From Rhynchopus sp. YZ270_cl-10 (lineage: Eukaryota): a DNA stretch of 64,000 bases. The stretch spans positions 558,001 to 622,000 of the forward strand of contig OZ037835.1 of assembly GCA_964035575.1 (NCBI GenBank). Reading direction: 5' to 3'. A program made the position numbers and the translations under genes. The notes under the pieces were generated by a model, which saw only the letters and a program-made list of their open reading frames with translations, was not told the origin of the DNA and ran no database searches. How positions within the stretch are numbered: the first letter of the stretch is position 1; every line of letters starts with the position of its first letter. Below are positions 1 to 11,420 of this stretch, piece by piece.

Positions 1-1036
1 CCTAGTCCTCCGCAAGCAGAGGACAGACTTTCTGGATCCCGAAGTCGAATTTCTTGCACTAGCTATGCTCCCTGGGTTAAATGGCTATAGCAGTGACTGA
101 CTAAGAGAGTTTATAATAATTAGGGTGGTCTATGGGGTGGGTTAATGGAAAAGTTGGTTTCTAAACCCGACTTTTACGGCCTCCACCTGGTTTTGAAATA
201 ATTGCACCGTCGGCACTGCTTCGCTGTCACGATGAAGGGTCGTCGGTTCGGGTACCTGTTAAGAGAAATTGAATGTAAAAGTAGAGACTACAACAAAAAA
301 AAACAAAACAAACAAACAAACAAGAAGCCGCACCGTACTCCTTAAACGTAAAAGTGACATTTTTGTTGACAAAAAAAAAAAAAAAAAAAAAAAAAAATGA
401 AACCGCACCCTACTTTTCCTTTTTATGTTTTTCCCCCACCCCCGAAAACAATAAAGCAATAAAAACAATAAAGACAAAAGGGAGAGGTTGTGGTGAAACG
501 CACACACCTCGACCTGTCGGTGAAATGTGGCTCTACTCCAGCCCGCCCCGGATTAGAAAAATGGAAAAAAGGATGGGAGTAGGGTACGGTGTTCAATTTC
601 CTTTTAGCATTGCATGTAATCATAAAAAAAAAAAGATTCAATTTACATCTGAGCGGGACAATGTCGAAAAGGGGGAAAACCGGGGGTTTAAAAACATACC
701 TTGCACTCGGCCTACTCTCCCCATCGATAATACGGCTCGCGCGGGGTGGCCGTATTTTGGCTGAAATTTCGACTTGACAATTTTTTTCTTGAACTAGTAA
801 ATCTGAGGTTCCCTTGGATTTTTTGAGTGATAAAAAAAATAGAAACTAACTTTCGGTTCTGAATAAAAAGAAAACAATGAAAAACAACTTTTTCGTTTAT
901 CGCTCCGCAAGCTTGTTGTGTTTTTTCGCTGAAGTGTGTGTTGTATGATAGAGAAAAAATAATGAGTGAGAAAACACAAGCTGGCGGGCACGCACCTTCC
1001 GTCGTTTCTATTTCCTATTGTCAAGTACCTTGATTT

Positions 1037-1334
1037 CAGGCACTCCGCTAGGTACTAAAGTTCTGTTGATTGTCAACAGAACTTTTTGAAAATGGGGAAA
1101 AAAAGAAAAAAAAAAAAAGTTCTGCTAAGTGGTTCAGACCCGTTCTACCTGTCAAAAAAGCTCAGGAGAAGAAGATATGGAGAGGTGAGTGCTCAAACGT
1201 CCCAAAAAAGTCAAAATCGGGCGTTGGTAAAAAAAAAAGTTGCGTACCGTGCGCCTGCGGCGCAAGCATGTACCCCACCAACGTGGACCATCAACAGAAT
1301 ATTTTCAAAATCGGAAATCCTAGCGGAGAGCCTG
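1037..1334 (+). mobile_element. 298-bp hAT-type MITE (family 1, copy a)
   Basis: 16-bp TIRs CAGGCACTCCGCTAGG / CCTAGCGGAGAGCCTG (1 mismatch); 8-bp TSD CTTGATTT at 1029-1036 and 1335-1342; inverted twin at 2469-2766. Confidence 0.9.
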
Positions 1335-1507
1335 CTTGATTTACAAAAAAAAACAAGTAATTGCTATCGGAAAAAAAACCGGGTGTGCTGTGGAACTCCA
1401 CTCTGAAAAAGATATAATCTACAACACGCCAGCATTCTGCTCTTCTGCAGGTATGCTAAAACGCTCTTCGTACGCTGGACCCACTGGGATGCCTGCATCT
1501 GAAACCT

Positions 1508-1729
1508 TTAAACAGTGGGGCTGTCCTCTTCGTCCAGCACCATCTGCTCCATCGCGTTATTGGACGTAGTCTCGGCAGGCTCGATAACCATTCGCTCGGG
1601 CGGCCTCGGCATGTTCCAGCTCGTAGTCGTCCACAGGCTCCCACGCATCGTCGCGTCATCAGAGCAGTGCGGAAGGAACACATAATGCACAGACGACAAC
1701 ACGTCGTCGATCGCACCAGGCATCGTCAC
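1508..1729 (-). CDS. Possible C-terminal coding fragment or orphan exon of an unknown protein
   Basis: GC-rich island with protein-like translation (PGAIDDVLSSVHYVFLPHC...EEDSPTV*); downstream flank 1335-1395 resembles the 3' flank of the cap MTase gene (7056-7126); no recognisable domain. Confidence 0.3.
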   Translation of the reverse strand: MTMPGAIDDVLSSVHYVFLPHCSDDATMRGSLWTTTSWNMPRPPERMVIEPAETTSNNAMEQMVLDEEDSPTV

Positions 1730-2468
1730 ATCAGTACCTCCAGAAAATCGCCAGGATGCTATGGTGGTTTCGAAAATCGCGCGGAGTTATCCACATCACA
1801 CCCCATTTTTTTTCTTAGCAATTAGTTGTTCTTGTTATTATTGTTTTCCTCACACCTTCCTTCAACCCTTGTAGGATCAGTTCGTATTTTTTTTCGCGAA
1901 AACATGAAATTACACATTTCAAGAGAACAAAAAATTAAAAAGGGTTCGCCCCCTCAGTGGGACGCCGTAAACCATACTTCCTCAGTGTCAGCCGCATCAT
2001 TTCAATGAAACCAAAAAGTGGCTTATTTGCATTTTTGGGCTCCGCCCGTGCAGCGGTGGGGTCATTTCGGAAAATTGGACAATTTTTTGACCACTTAAAT
2101 TTTGAGAAATATGAGCCCGGTTCCTTATACGTGGGGCCCATTTTTGGCCAAAATTTTTCTCAAAATCGACGAAATTAAAATTAGACCCCTTACCCCCCCC
2201 CAGAATCATTTCAATACACTACCTGTATTGGTTGCTGACGCGTGTATACAGGAAGGTTGGGAAAAATAGTTTGGTCAAAAATTGCCTTGTACTTTGTGAA
2301 GGAATTGCTAAGGAAAATTCGGCCCCTGTAGTAGTGCATTTGGTTTACCCCCAGATCGTCAAAACACCCGATTTTTGCGCTTTTTTGCACTTTTTTGTGC
2401 CCAAAAACCCAACTCAGGGGTCGAAATTTTCCCAAAAAAAAATTTTTTTTTGTTTTTGAGATTTTTTC

Positions 2469-2766
2469 CAGGCTCTCCGCTAGGATTTCCGATTTTGAAA
2501 ATATTCTGTTGATGGTCCACGTTGGTGGGGTACATGCTTGCGCCGCAGGCGCACGGTACGCAACTTTTTTTTTTACCAACGCCCGATTTTGACTTTTTTG
2601 GGACGTTTGAGCACTCACCTCTCCATATCTTCTTCTCCTGAGCTTTTTTGACAGGTAGAACGGGTCTGAACCACTTAGCAGAACTTTTTTTTTTTTTCTT
2701 TTTTTCCCCATTTTCAAAAAGTTCTGTTGACAATCAACAGAACTTTAGTACCTAGCGGAGTGCCTG
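2469..2766 (-). mobile_element. 298-bp hAT-type MITE (family 1, copy b)
   Basis: Reverse complement of 1037-1334; its own 8-bp TSD ATTTTTTC at 2461-2468 and 2767-2774. Confidence 0.9.
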
Positions 2767-2965
2767 ATTTTTTCAAAAACCGACTTGTCCTCGGTAAAAA
2801 TCACAAAATTTCGGGTTCGCGAAACCGCGTTTTAGACCCCCCTGGATGCTCAAAAGTGCCAAATTTTGCTTTTAATGGCCTCAAATCGTCGAAATTAGCC
2901 CTATGTAGGGGCAAAAAAAAAATTCGAGAGTCCCTTTCCCTGGGAGGCAATAGCCACCGGGAGCA

Positions 2966-3150
2966 GACGCTATCCCACGGGATAGCGTACGCTATCCCGA
3001 CGCTATCCCACGGGATAGCGTATGCTGTCCCGACGCTATCCCAGACGCTGTCACTGGGACAGCATATGCTGTCCCTGGGAGAGCATATGCTGTCCCGTGG
3101 GACAGCAATTCTGAACCAGTATTATCGTCCACTTTTGACGCTGTCCCACA
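2966..3150. repeat. Array of short palindromic repeats (ACGCTATCCC / GGGATAGCGT, GCTGTCCC / GGGACAGC), probably transposon subterminal repeats
   Basis: Alternating direct and inverted ~10-bp units read directly from the sequence. Confidence 0.6.
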
Positions 3151-4247
3151 TCAAACTGGCCACCGTGTAGCGAAGCTCACAACACGGTTGAAATACACAA
3201 AATACCACAAAGGGCCCTATATCCGTATGGGCTCTTGACTCGACGGTGAAGTACATGACTTGAATTGGTTTTTATTTGTTGTTTTTACCGTTGGATTGCA
3301 ACGGTGAAACAACCACAAAGTAAAAGTCATGTCAAGTCATATGTTTCATTGTCGTGTGTCACATAGGGGGGGGAGGAGAGGGTATAGGCAGAAGAAAGGC
3401 AGTGTGTGGAAGGTGGGGGGGGGTGGTGGTCGTGGTGGTGGCTATTTTTCTGCTTTTTTGCACAAAAATAAATCAACAAAAAGAGGGGGGGAAATGATAA
3501 TAAAAGAAAGAAGAAATTACTCTGCTTATTTTTGAGCCAATGAAACCCAAAATAGGAAAACGACTTCAGCTAAATGAAATAAAGCAAAACACTTTTTCGT
3601 TTTTATCGCACCGCAAAGGGCTTGTGAATCTTTCACTGCAGGATATGTGTGAAGGTATGTAACCGTATGTTAGTGAAAAGAAAAACCCAAGCCGCTTAGG
3701 CGGACACGCATCATCCATCGTTTTCCATTTCTCTTTCGTCAATGCCTTTGATAACTCAAAAAAAAAATGGTAAATTACCGATGCAGGCACCTCCCCTGAT
3801 ACCAGCCCAGATGAGCACAACATAAATCGAAAACGTGTCAAAAATAGGGCAAAAGGAATGAAATACGGTTCAGGGGAGACGCAGAAAATAACAATATAAA
3901 CTCGTTGGGGGGGAAATACACTTTAAGAACCGAGAGCGCACTTGGTCAAAATAGAAACATGGCGTGGGACAACAAGCGGAATGGGAAGGCATCGTTCGGC
4001 AACCTTCAAAACATGCTCCGTCGCTTTGTCAGCAGACAGCTCTTTCACGTTGGAGAGGAGGGCGGGACGCTGGGGGAGGAACACAGACGGGGGGGGAAAT
4101 GGTTGTGTTCTATGTCCAGGGGATAGGGGTTGTTGGATACTCTCAAACTGATTTTATTGTTGTTTCTTGTTTTTGTTTTTGCTTTTTGTTTATGTGTCAA
4201 TGTGACAGTGGATTCTGAGGCTCAGCTCGAGAGTGTGCAGAACTACG

Positions 4248-6353
4248 TCACTGCGCCTTAGGGAAGGGCCCGTGGTTGGGCTGCACAATCGTCCACTCGT
4301 CGAAGAGGCTTTGGTTCGAGTTGAGGAACTGTCTGAAGGTGAGGTGCGTGCGGTTTGTGGCAGAGATACGTCCGTAGCTGAACTCGGTTGTCTGCTTGCG
4401 TGTGGCAGGGATCGAGCCGCAGTCGGGGCCAGGGCAGCTCTCACGGAAGTTGTCCTTCCCAGGGGGTCCACCATTGCCGGACGTCACGTGCACAGTCACG
4501 TTCGGGCTATCGAAGTTCTTCTGAAGAGGCTCGGCGCACGTCCTGCAGCTTGCGTTGCCAGGTGCCGCAGGGAAGACAGACTCGTAGTAGTGCCAGTGCC
4601 CGGCAGCGTACAGGTCGACGCCGTACTCCTGCAGAACAGGCTGGTAGTCGACCACCATGTCCGCCGTGCTGTGCACCTTGTACCCCTTCTCGTGCAGGCG
4701 CTTCAGGCCCTCGGGTGACTTGCCCCATGCAGTCGCTGCTGTCTTGTTTGCGTTCCCGTACAGCTCGGCCGCAGCAGACTCGTAGTAATCAGACTTACTG
4801 TTGCACCCAGTGCAGTACAAAGGGAAGTGCGAGAAGGCAACAACCCACGGCACAGCGTCACGGTTCTTGTTCGCCTTCGCCAGGTCGTCCTTGAGCCACG
4901 CCATCTGCGCATCAAGGCAGGTCTGCCCACATGCGTCCACACCGAAGTATGCGTTCATATCCAGTGCCACAAGGTGCACAAGGCCAAAGTCCACACTGAA
5001 GTATCTGCTGGTGTTCGACGGATGGCTTCCGTGCACACCTGCGCTGTGATGGTTCCCGGCAGACAGCAGATAGCCCAGAGCAGACGTGGCTGTCGACGCA
5101 CCCTTCAGCTCCTCTGCTGCTGGGAGGGAGGGCAGGGGACCCCACTTCTCCCACGTCTGGTCAAGGTAGCGGGACAGCTCCAGGCCGTCGTAGTACTCGT
5201 GGTTGCCCACGTTCGGCATCCACGGGCACTCGGCAAGCACAGGCTGGAAGCCGTTCATGTAGCCGTCACCACGACGCTCGTCTTCCTGTCCCTCGTTGTA
5301 CGCATGGTCACCCATGTGCACAATGAGGGTCGCACTGTCGTCGCGGCAGTCCTGCTGCAGCCACTCCATGTTGTTCCACTTGTAGATCCCCATGTCCCCG
5401 TAGATGTTCACGTGTGTTGCCTCCCCCGCAGCAGGGTGCGGTGCAGTGAAGGTGTGCACAGCGCTGTCTGTCGCACCTGCCGCACCACTGCGCACAGTGT
5501 ACGAACACTTCTCTCGCAGCGTCAGGCCCGTCACCAGCACAAAGTGCATGTAGTACGTCCGGTCCTTCGCCGGGGTGATGTGGGTGTGCGTCACGCCTGT
5601 AAATGTCTTCCCGTTCAACTTCGCTGTGGGCGGGCCCGCAGGTGCCTCAGCCTCAAACGTCACAAACGCAAGCACAACAGACCCGTTCGCTGCAACCTGG
5701 ATGTTGATCTGCTCCGGAACACCGAGGGCAGATGTGCAGTACCCCCACGTCTCCCCTGCGTGTGTGGGTGCGGGCGGCACAGGCTGTGCACCGTTGTGGT
5801 AAATCGTGTACGCAGTCTGTGCTGTGTCCATCTTGCACCACTCCGCAAAGTAGCACATCCCCTGTGCCGTGTTGAAGCTCACAAAGTCGCAGTTCGTCAG
5901 GTTGTACGCACACAGGTCCTGGCACTGCGACAGCGTCACCACCTGTTTGTAGTACAGCACGTTGTTCACAGCACCACTCGTCCCATACGCAAAGCCCTGC
6001 GGTGCTGTCTCCCCAAACTGCTTCTGCTCCACCTCACAGAGGCCATTGCCCAGCATGTCCCAGCTGGGCGGCACCACGTCCGAGGTGTTCTGCACCACCA
6101 CTGCGCTGGGCTTGCAGTAGCACCACGCCCCTTGCACGTAGGTGTTCACAACCGCACCCGGCTGTGCACAGTGGTTCCCAGCCTCGGCAGGCACGACACC
6201 TGCCTTCCAGAGTGTGGTTGCGTGCTGAGCCCAGTTGTCGCAGCCGTGTGCACACGTTGCTGGTGCCACCTTCAAGTCTTCAATCACGTCAATCATGTTC
6301 CCTGCAGCTGTGCAGCACATCGCCAGCACCACTGCGTTAGCAAGGGTGCGCAT
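4248..6353 (-). CDS. Secreted purple acid phosphatase (metallophosphoesterase) with Cys-rich/PAN-like N-terminal region, 701 aa
   Basis: All five PAP motifs present: YGDMG, GDHAY, GNHE, SHFPLY, GHWHYYE; signal-peptide-like start MRTLANAVVLAMCCTAAG at ATG 6353; FN3-like PAP N-domain (PEQINIQ...YTVRSG). Confidence 0.9.
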   Translation of the reverse strand: MRTLANAVVLAMCCTAAGNMIDVIEDLKVAPATCAHGCDNWAQHATTLWKAGVVPAEAGNHCAQPGAVVNTYVQGAWCYCKPSAVVVQNTSDVVPPSWDMLGNGLCEVEQKQFGETAPQGFAYGTSGAVNNVLYYKQVVTLSQCQDLCAYNLTNCDFVSFNTAQGMCYFAEWCKMDTAQTAYTIYHNGAQPVPPAPTHAGETWGYCTSALGVPEQINIQVAANGSVVLAFVTFEAEAPAGPPTAKLNGKTFTGVTHTHITPAKDRTYYMHFVLVTGLTLREKCSYTVRSGAAGATDSAVHTFTAPHPAAGEATHVNIYGDMGIYKWNNMEWLQQDCRDDSATLIVHMGDHAYNEGQEDERRGDGYMNGFQPVLAECPWMPNVGNHEYYDGLELSRYLDQTWEKWGPLPSLPAAEELKGASTATSALGYLLSAGNHHSAGVHGSHPSNTSRYFSVDFGLVHLVALDMNAYFGVDACGQTCLDAQMAWLKDDLAKANKNRDAVPWVVAFSHFPLYCTGCNSKSDYYESAAAELYGNANKTAATAWGKSPEGLKRLHEKGYKVHSTADMVVDYQPVLQEYGVDLYAAGHWHYYESVFPAAPGNASCRTCAEPLQKNFDSPNVTVHVTSGNGGPPGKDNFRESCPGPDCGSIPATRKQTTEFSYGRISATNRTHLTFRQFLNSNQSLFDEWTIVQPNHGPFPKAQ

Positions 6354-7322
6354 CTTGCAGAAGCTTGTCTTGTTGTCCTGTGGTTCGTGGTTGAGGTGTG
6401 GTGTGGTGTGGTGGGTGTGAAGAGAACGGACAGGCAGCAGAACACCACCATCAACCCCGTGTCCCAAACGATTCACCCCTCTCCTTCTTGTAGTTGTTTG
6501 ATGCGTTGACGCTTCCACACTATCTTTCACCTGCTGGGTGGTGGTGCAGAGCACGGTTGAGGTGAGTGAACGACGTGACACTTTCCCGCTCACAAAAGTA
6601 GTGTGCGGAAAAAAGAAAGATGAGATGTAGAATACAGAAAAATGCTATTTTATTTTCGTCTGTTATCCACAAATCCACTATACATTGTGCGAACAGCAGG
6701 CAGAAATCGTTGTTTGACGTGGTTTCTGCACATTATTAACGATTCAACCCCTCAGACTTATTTTGTTGTTTTTGCTCAAAATTACCCTTTTATTTTTTGC
6801 AACGACGGCAAAAACTGTGTTTAAACCTGAAAAAACGTTGTACAAAACCCTCTGCGGTCTTTTGCCTTGAACTAATTGAAATAAGGCTTTTGGTGTTTTG
6901 GTTTGTTTTTCATTTTATTTGTTCGACAAACCAACAACCGCCAAAACCCGAGAAAGCAGGTTCCGTTCTCAAATGTCACAGAGGGGCCTCTCTTCACCTC
7001 TTAGCTTCACTTCATATGCATGGCAAATTCCATGCAAGGAGCATTTCACACACACCTGATTTAAAAAAAAAACAAGCAATTTAACTACTAATTACTATCG
7101 AAAAAAGAAACGGGGTGTGCTGTGGATATGGGGGGACCCCCCCGCTCAGTTCCAGGAACCTCCACCCCTGTAGAAATAATCTACCAACACACCCAGCACT
7201 GCTTGCAGGTGTACAAAAAACCCTCTTTTTTCTACACCCCCGAAATACCCATGCTTCTTCTATTCACCATTTATCCCTCCTCTCCCCCCAACTCCCAACT
7301 CATCCCCCCACATTCACCTGCT

Positions 7323-9882
7323 CTACCCGAGCCTCATGCGTTTCCTTGCTGGGCCGTCTTCTTCTTCCTCAGAGCCAGAATCATCACTCCCCACATCGAA
7401 TCCCACAGCGGAGAGGAGTGTGTCCTGTGGGGCTGCCTGCTTCTGCACGACGGTCTCCTCTGCCGCAGCGGGGGCCTCGTTGTCCTTCTCCGTATCAGCA
7501 GGCTGCGCAGCGTTCCCGGGGACGATTTTCTCCGGGCGTTGGAGGGGTGTGGCTTCTGCAGCACGGATGGGGACGCGGAGTGTCTGGTTGTAAGGGTTCT
7601 CGGGTGTGCGGGGCGCGTGGAGGTACGTGAGCGGGTGTGTGGCAAGCGTGTGGCGGCCCTTGATGAGGTTGAGGGAGATCTCGTCCGAAAGGTGTGCCAC
7701 AATGCAGGCCACGTCCTGGTCGTGCAGGTCGTCTGCCGTCTTCGCAAGGAGAGGGGCCATCCAGTCGACGTCCGCGGCGGATGAGGCGCTAGCGAGCTCG
7801 CGTTCCTCGCGCTTGCGTTTGCGGTCGGCGTTCTTCTCCTCGCTCCCGCGAGTCTCGCGGAGCAGTGCCTCACGCTTGCGTCGTCCTTCAAGCTCACTTT
7901 TGCAAGTGAAATATGACATCCCAGCCTGAGAGAAAAAAAAGTGAAGTAACGTAGTAAAGAGAGCCGTACAAAAGATTGATATATTGCTGGGGTGCAAATT
8001 GTATCAAAGCGCCATCCAGGTATAACATTATACAAAAAATCAAAAAACAAGCAATACTCCATACCTGACGAACGTACGCATCGAGAATAGCAATCTCTCT
8101 GGTCGTATCATAGCGCCAGTCGTAGCCGATGCCTTTCACGGCTGTCTTGTGGCGGGGGTGGTCGCTGTGTGCTGGGGCGTATTCGGGGTACGTCTTGAGG
8201 CGCGTGGAGGTGTTGAAGTGGAAGAGCTGTTCCTCATACGTCTTGTGTTCGTAGCGCGTCATGGTGAACGGCGGCGCGACGACGAGGCGTGTCTCGGTCG
8301 ACGTCTGCCCGCCCCATACTGGCAACATGATGCGCCCCTTAGGCAGCTCCGTCGCTCCAGAGGTGTACGGCAGGCGCAGCTTCAGCATCGCAGCATCGAC
8401 GCCTTCAACGCGTGAGACAATGTCTATCTGGAGCTGCAGATCCTCTGCCGTCCAAGGGTCGTTGTCCGTCTGAAAAGAAGAAAAAAAAAAGTAATTTGAA
8501 ATAAAAGTCGAGTGCAAAATAGCAAAATAGCAGCATCAAGAGGAGGGTGTTGTATTTTGTAGGTTTGGGGTGTTTTGAAAATACCAAAAGAATACATGCT
8601 GGTTTTTCCTGTTTCTTGGATTACAGTAATTATGCAGACCCTCTGGCGAGTGAAATGAGAACAATTTTTATTGTACACAACACACGAAGCGGTACGCGTA
8701 CGGTTGTTAGGAAATAATACAGACCGAAATGTTTGGGCGGCTTCGGTTCGAATGATTGGAATTGCGTGTGAAACTCAGACATAAATACTGGCTCTTCTAT
8801 CTTGTTCTTTTACTCATTGTTTTCCTTTCATTGCCCTTTGCTTGTGCTTCCCGACTCCAATTCAATCAACACTTACAGAGGGGGGCTAAAAAGTTATTAG
8901 CGTTTTTCAAAAAAAGGGGATGCGTCCAATGAAAATCACGTCGTTTAGAAGAGCTCAAGAATGTAGGTTTTATTATTTTTTCATGGTGCCACAAAAAATG
9001 TAATCTCCCGTTTTGGGCAGCGGAGAATAACATCTGGTCGATAAAAGAAACGCGAGCTTACTATTGTATATTCAGCGAAAAAACCGTATTATGTTCGTGG
9101 GGAGGTTTAAAAAATGAAATACCACTTCTTTATTCGTTGTTTGTTGTTTGTTGTTTGTTGTTTGTTGTTTGTTGTTTGTTGTTTGTTGTTTGTTGTTTGT
9201 TGTTTGTTGTTTGTTGTTTGTTGTTTGTTGTTTGTTGTTTGTTGTTTGTTGTTTGTTGTTTGTTGTTTGTTGTTTGTTGTTTGTTGTTTGTTGTTTGTTG
9301 ATCGCATCCATCCAGAGAAAAAGCACACACCTGTTTTGCAGAATAGCTCTTACTCGACTTCATGTTTGAGATGAGAAGCGTCTTCTTGGCACGCCCACAG
9401 AACCGTGCTGTGATGTCGCGCACTTTATCAGGCGTGAGGCGGCTTTCGACGTATTTTACTCGCTTTGTTTCTTCGCAGGCGGGGGTTGTGGGGTCGATGA
9501 GGATGAAGCTGACGGCGGGGAACATGTTAGACAAGAGATTGATGTGCGACCCTGGCGACGGACCTACGTACACCACAGACGCCGCCTCCACCCCGGCAAA
9601 CTCTGTCAGGAACTCCGCCTCCTGCAGCAGCAGCTTCCTGTCGTTCCAATGCAGTGTCGTCTTCATCTCCCCGGTACGCCTGCGGTACTCCGTACGCGCG
9701 TCCCCCTCGTGCAGGACACGTGGCAGAGGGTCCGTCGCCAGGACCTCTGTCAGCACGCTCGGCCCCTGTTGGACGATCGGTGCAGCAGAAGAAGAGGAAG
9801 TCCGTGGGATCACAGCCTTCTTCCGCCCAGGGAGCGTGAAGCTCTTCCCAGACCCCGTGCGTTCCATGATGTCGGAATACAT
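7323..9882 (-). CDS. Cap-specific mRNA (nucleoside-2'-O)-methyltransferase-like protein (poxvirus VP39 / kinetoplastid cap MTase family), 3 exons, 519 aa
   Basis: Exons 9882-9331, 8469-8065 and 7925-7323 join in phase 0 across two GT..CAG introns with T-rich acceptors; motifs HWNDRKLL..EAEFL, YVGPSPGSHI, ILIDP, MLKLRLPY, TSTETRL, YDTTREIAIL. Confidence 0.85.
9136..9300. repeat. (GTTGTTT)n 7-bp microsatellite, ~23 copies, in intron 1 of the cap MTase gene
   Basis: Perfect tandem repeat. Confidence 0.95.
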
Positions 9883-11420
9883 TGTTCTGTGGGTAGTCTT
9901 TGGTAGACCCTCTGGTGTGTGGAGGGGAAAGGGGTTGTGGAGAGAGGCAAAATAAATGAAAAAAGGAAGGGAAAAAAACGCCCCATATTGACTATTGTGA
10001 GAAACTAGTAAAGTGTGCAGGAGAAAATTGAAACCACACTTGGTGTGGCTGACAGGGGGGGAGCAAAAAGTGCGGAAAAGTGCTGAAAAAGTGCGGAAAA
10101 AGTGCGAATCAGCCCCAAATTTTTTTTCCGCCTTGTAATAATTGAACACTGTGTACTGTAGGTACTAGGTACTGTTTGTGGGTACCTACCCCGGGCATAA
10201 GTCCGATGACCCGTGTATAAGTCCGGGCAGATTTGGGCTCAGGATCGGACTTATGCACAGGCCGACTTATACACCGGTTTTGTGTACTGTGGTGGGGTAA
10301 GTTTTTTTGGGAGGAAAACTTTACCTGTGTACCTGTCACAGACACAGTCAGCAAGCCTACATGGTAAAAGTGCGAATAAGTGCGGAAAAAGTGCGGAAAA
10401 GTGCGAATCACCCCCCTTCAGCCACACCAACACTCCTACCTTTTTGTTGATAAATTTTGAATTCTATTTTTCCTTCCTTCAGAACTCTCTGCTTCGGTGA
10501 AAAAAGGAAGGGAGTAGGGGCACGGTGTTCAATTTCCTTTTTAGCATTGCATGTCATCATACATGAAAATTGAAACCGCACCCCTCCTTTGCACGTGTAA
10601 ACATATGAATAAAAATCCCTAAAAAATGGGGGTAAATATAGCGAAACAGGAAAGGGTGGGGGATGGGGTGTCCTGGCAACCTCGACACTGCCTGAAATAA
10701 TAAAACCTACAAAGGAACAAAAGAGTAAAGAATCCGTTTTGCTTGATCAGATCTCGACAGTTTGTTGCATTGCACGCTTCCACTTTGAAAAAAGTGATTG
10801 CTTCCAGCACACGCGGATTATGTCAGTGTGTGATGGATTGTGATTATTGCCTGAAGTACAGAAAATGGGAGTGTCGGTGGCGGAGCACAAAAGGGTAAAG
10901 TGAAAAACATATCGGGTGGGGTCTCTGATCCAATCTGTGGTGCGGCGTATATATTTCCCCTAACACGCCATGTTTGGCCAGGGCCTCTCCAGCGTGTCAG
11001 TTGCAAAATTTGTTACTGCAGGTAAGTGTGCGTCATTTAGCTGTTACTGTGTGCTGTAAACTGTATGTAGTTGCCAGTAAAGAATAGGCATAACGCTGTA
11101 ATATATGCTGCCAACAGTGCGTTAAAGATATTTAGAGCAACTGCAGTACGCTATCTGACGGCACAATGGTCCTCGTCCCCGAATGGCCACCTGGCTAAAT
11201 TGGAGTCGGGGAGCAGAGGTTGGGGAGAAAGGAAGAGAGGAAACAAATACAAGACTATCGAATTATACACACGAATTCATCCTTCGATTCCAAAAAGAGT
11301 CCGATCCTTACGGTTTGTATCATTTCCTAACAACTACTGCGTTACACTGCGTTGTTGCGTGCAATACGTTCATGCCTGAGTCTGTTCTGGCAGAGCAGCA
11401 CATAACAATAAAACGTAACC

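Noticed and set aside
4827..6509. 560-aa plus-strand ORF and similar antisense ORFs over other genes
   Set aside because: Shadow frames of GC-rich minus-strand CDSs, with no motifs
9072..9330. QQTTNNK-repeat C-terminus of the MTase ORF
   Set aside because: Lies inside intron 1 after the CAG|GT donor at 9330; microsatellite translation
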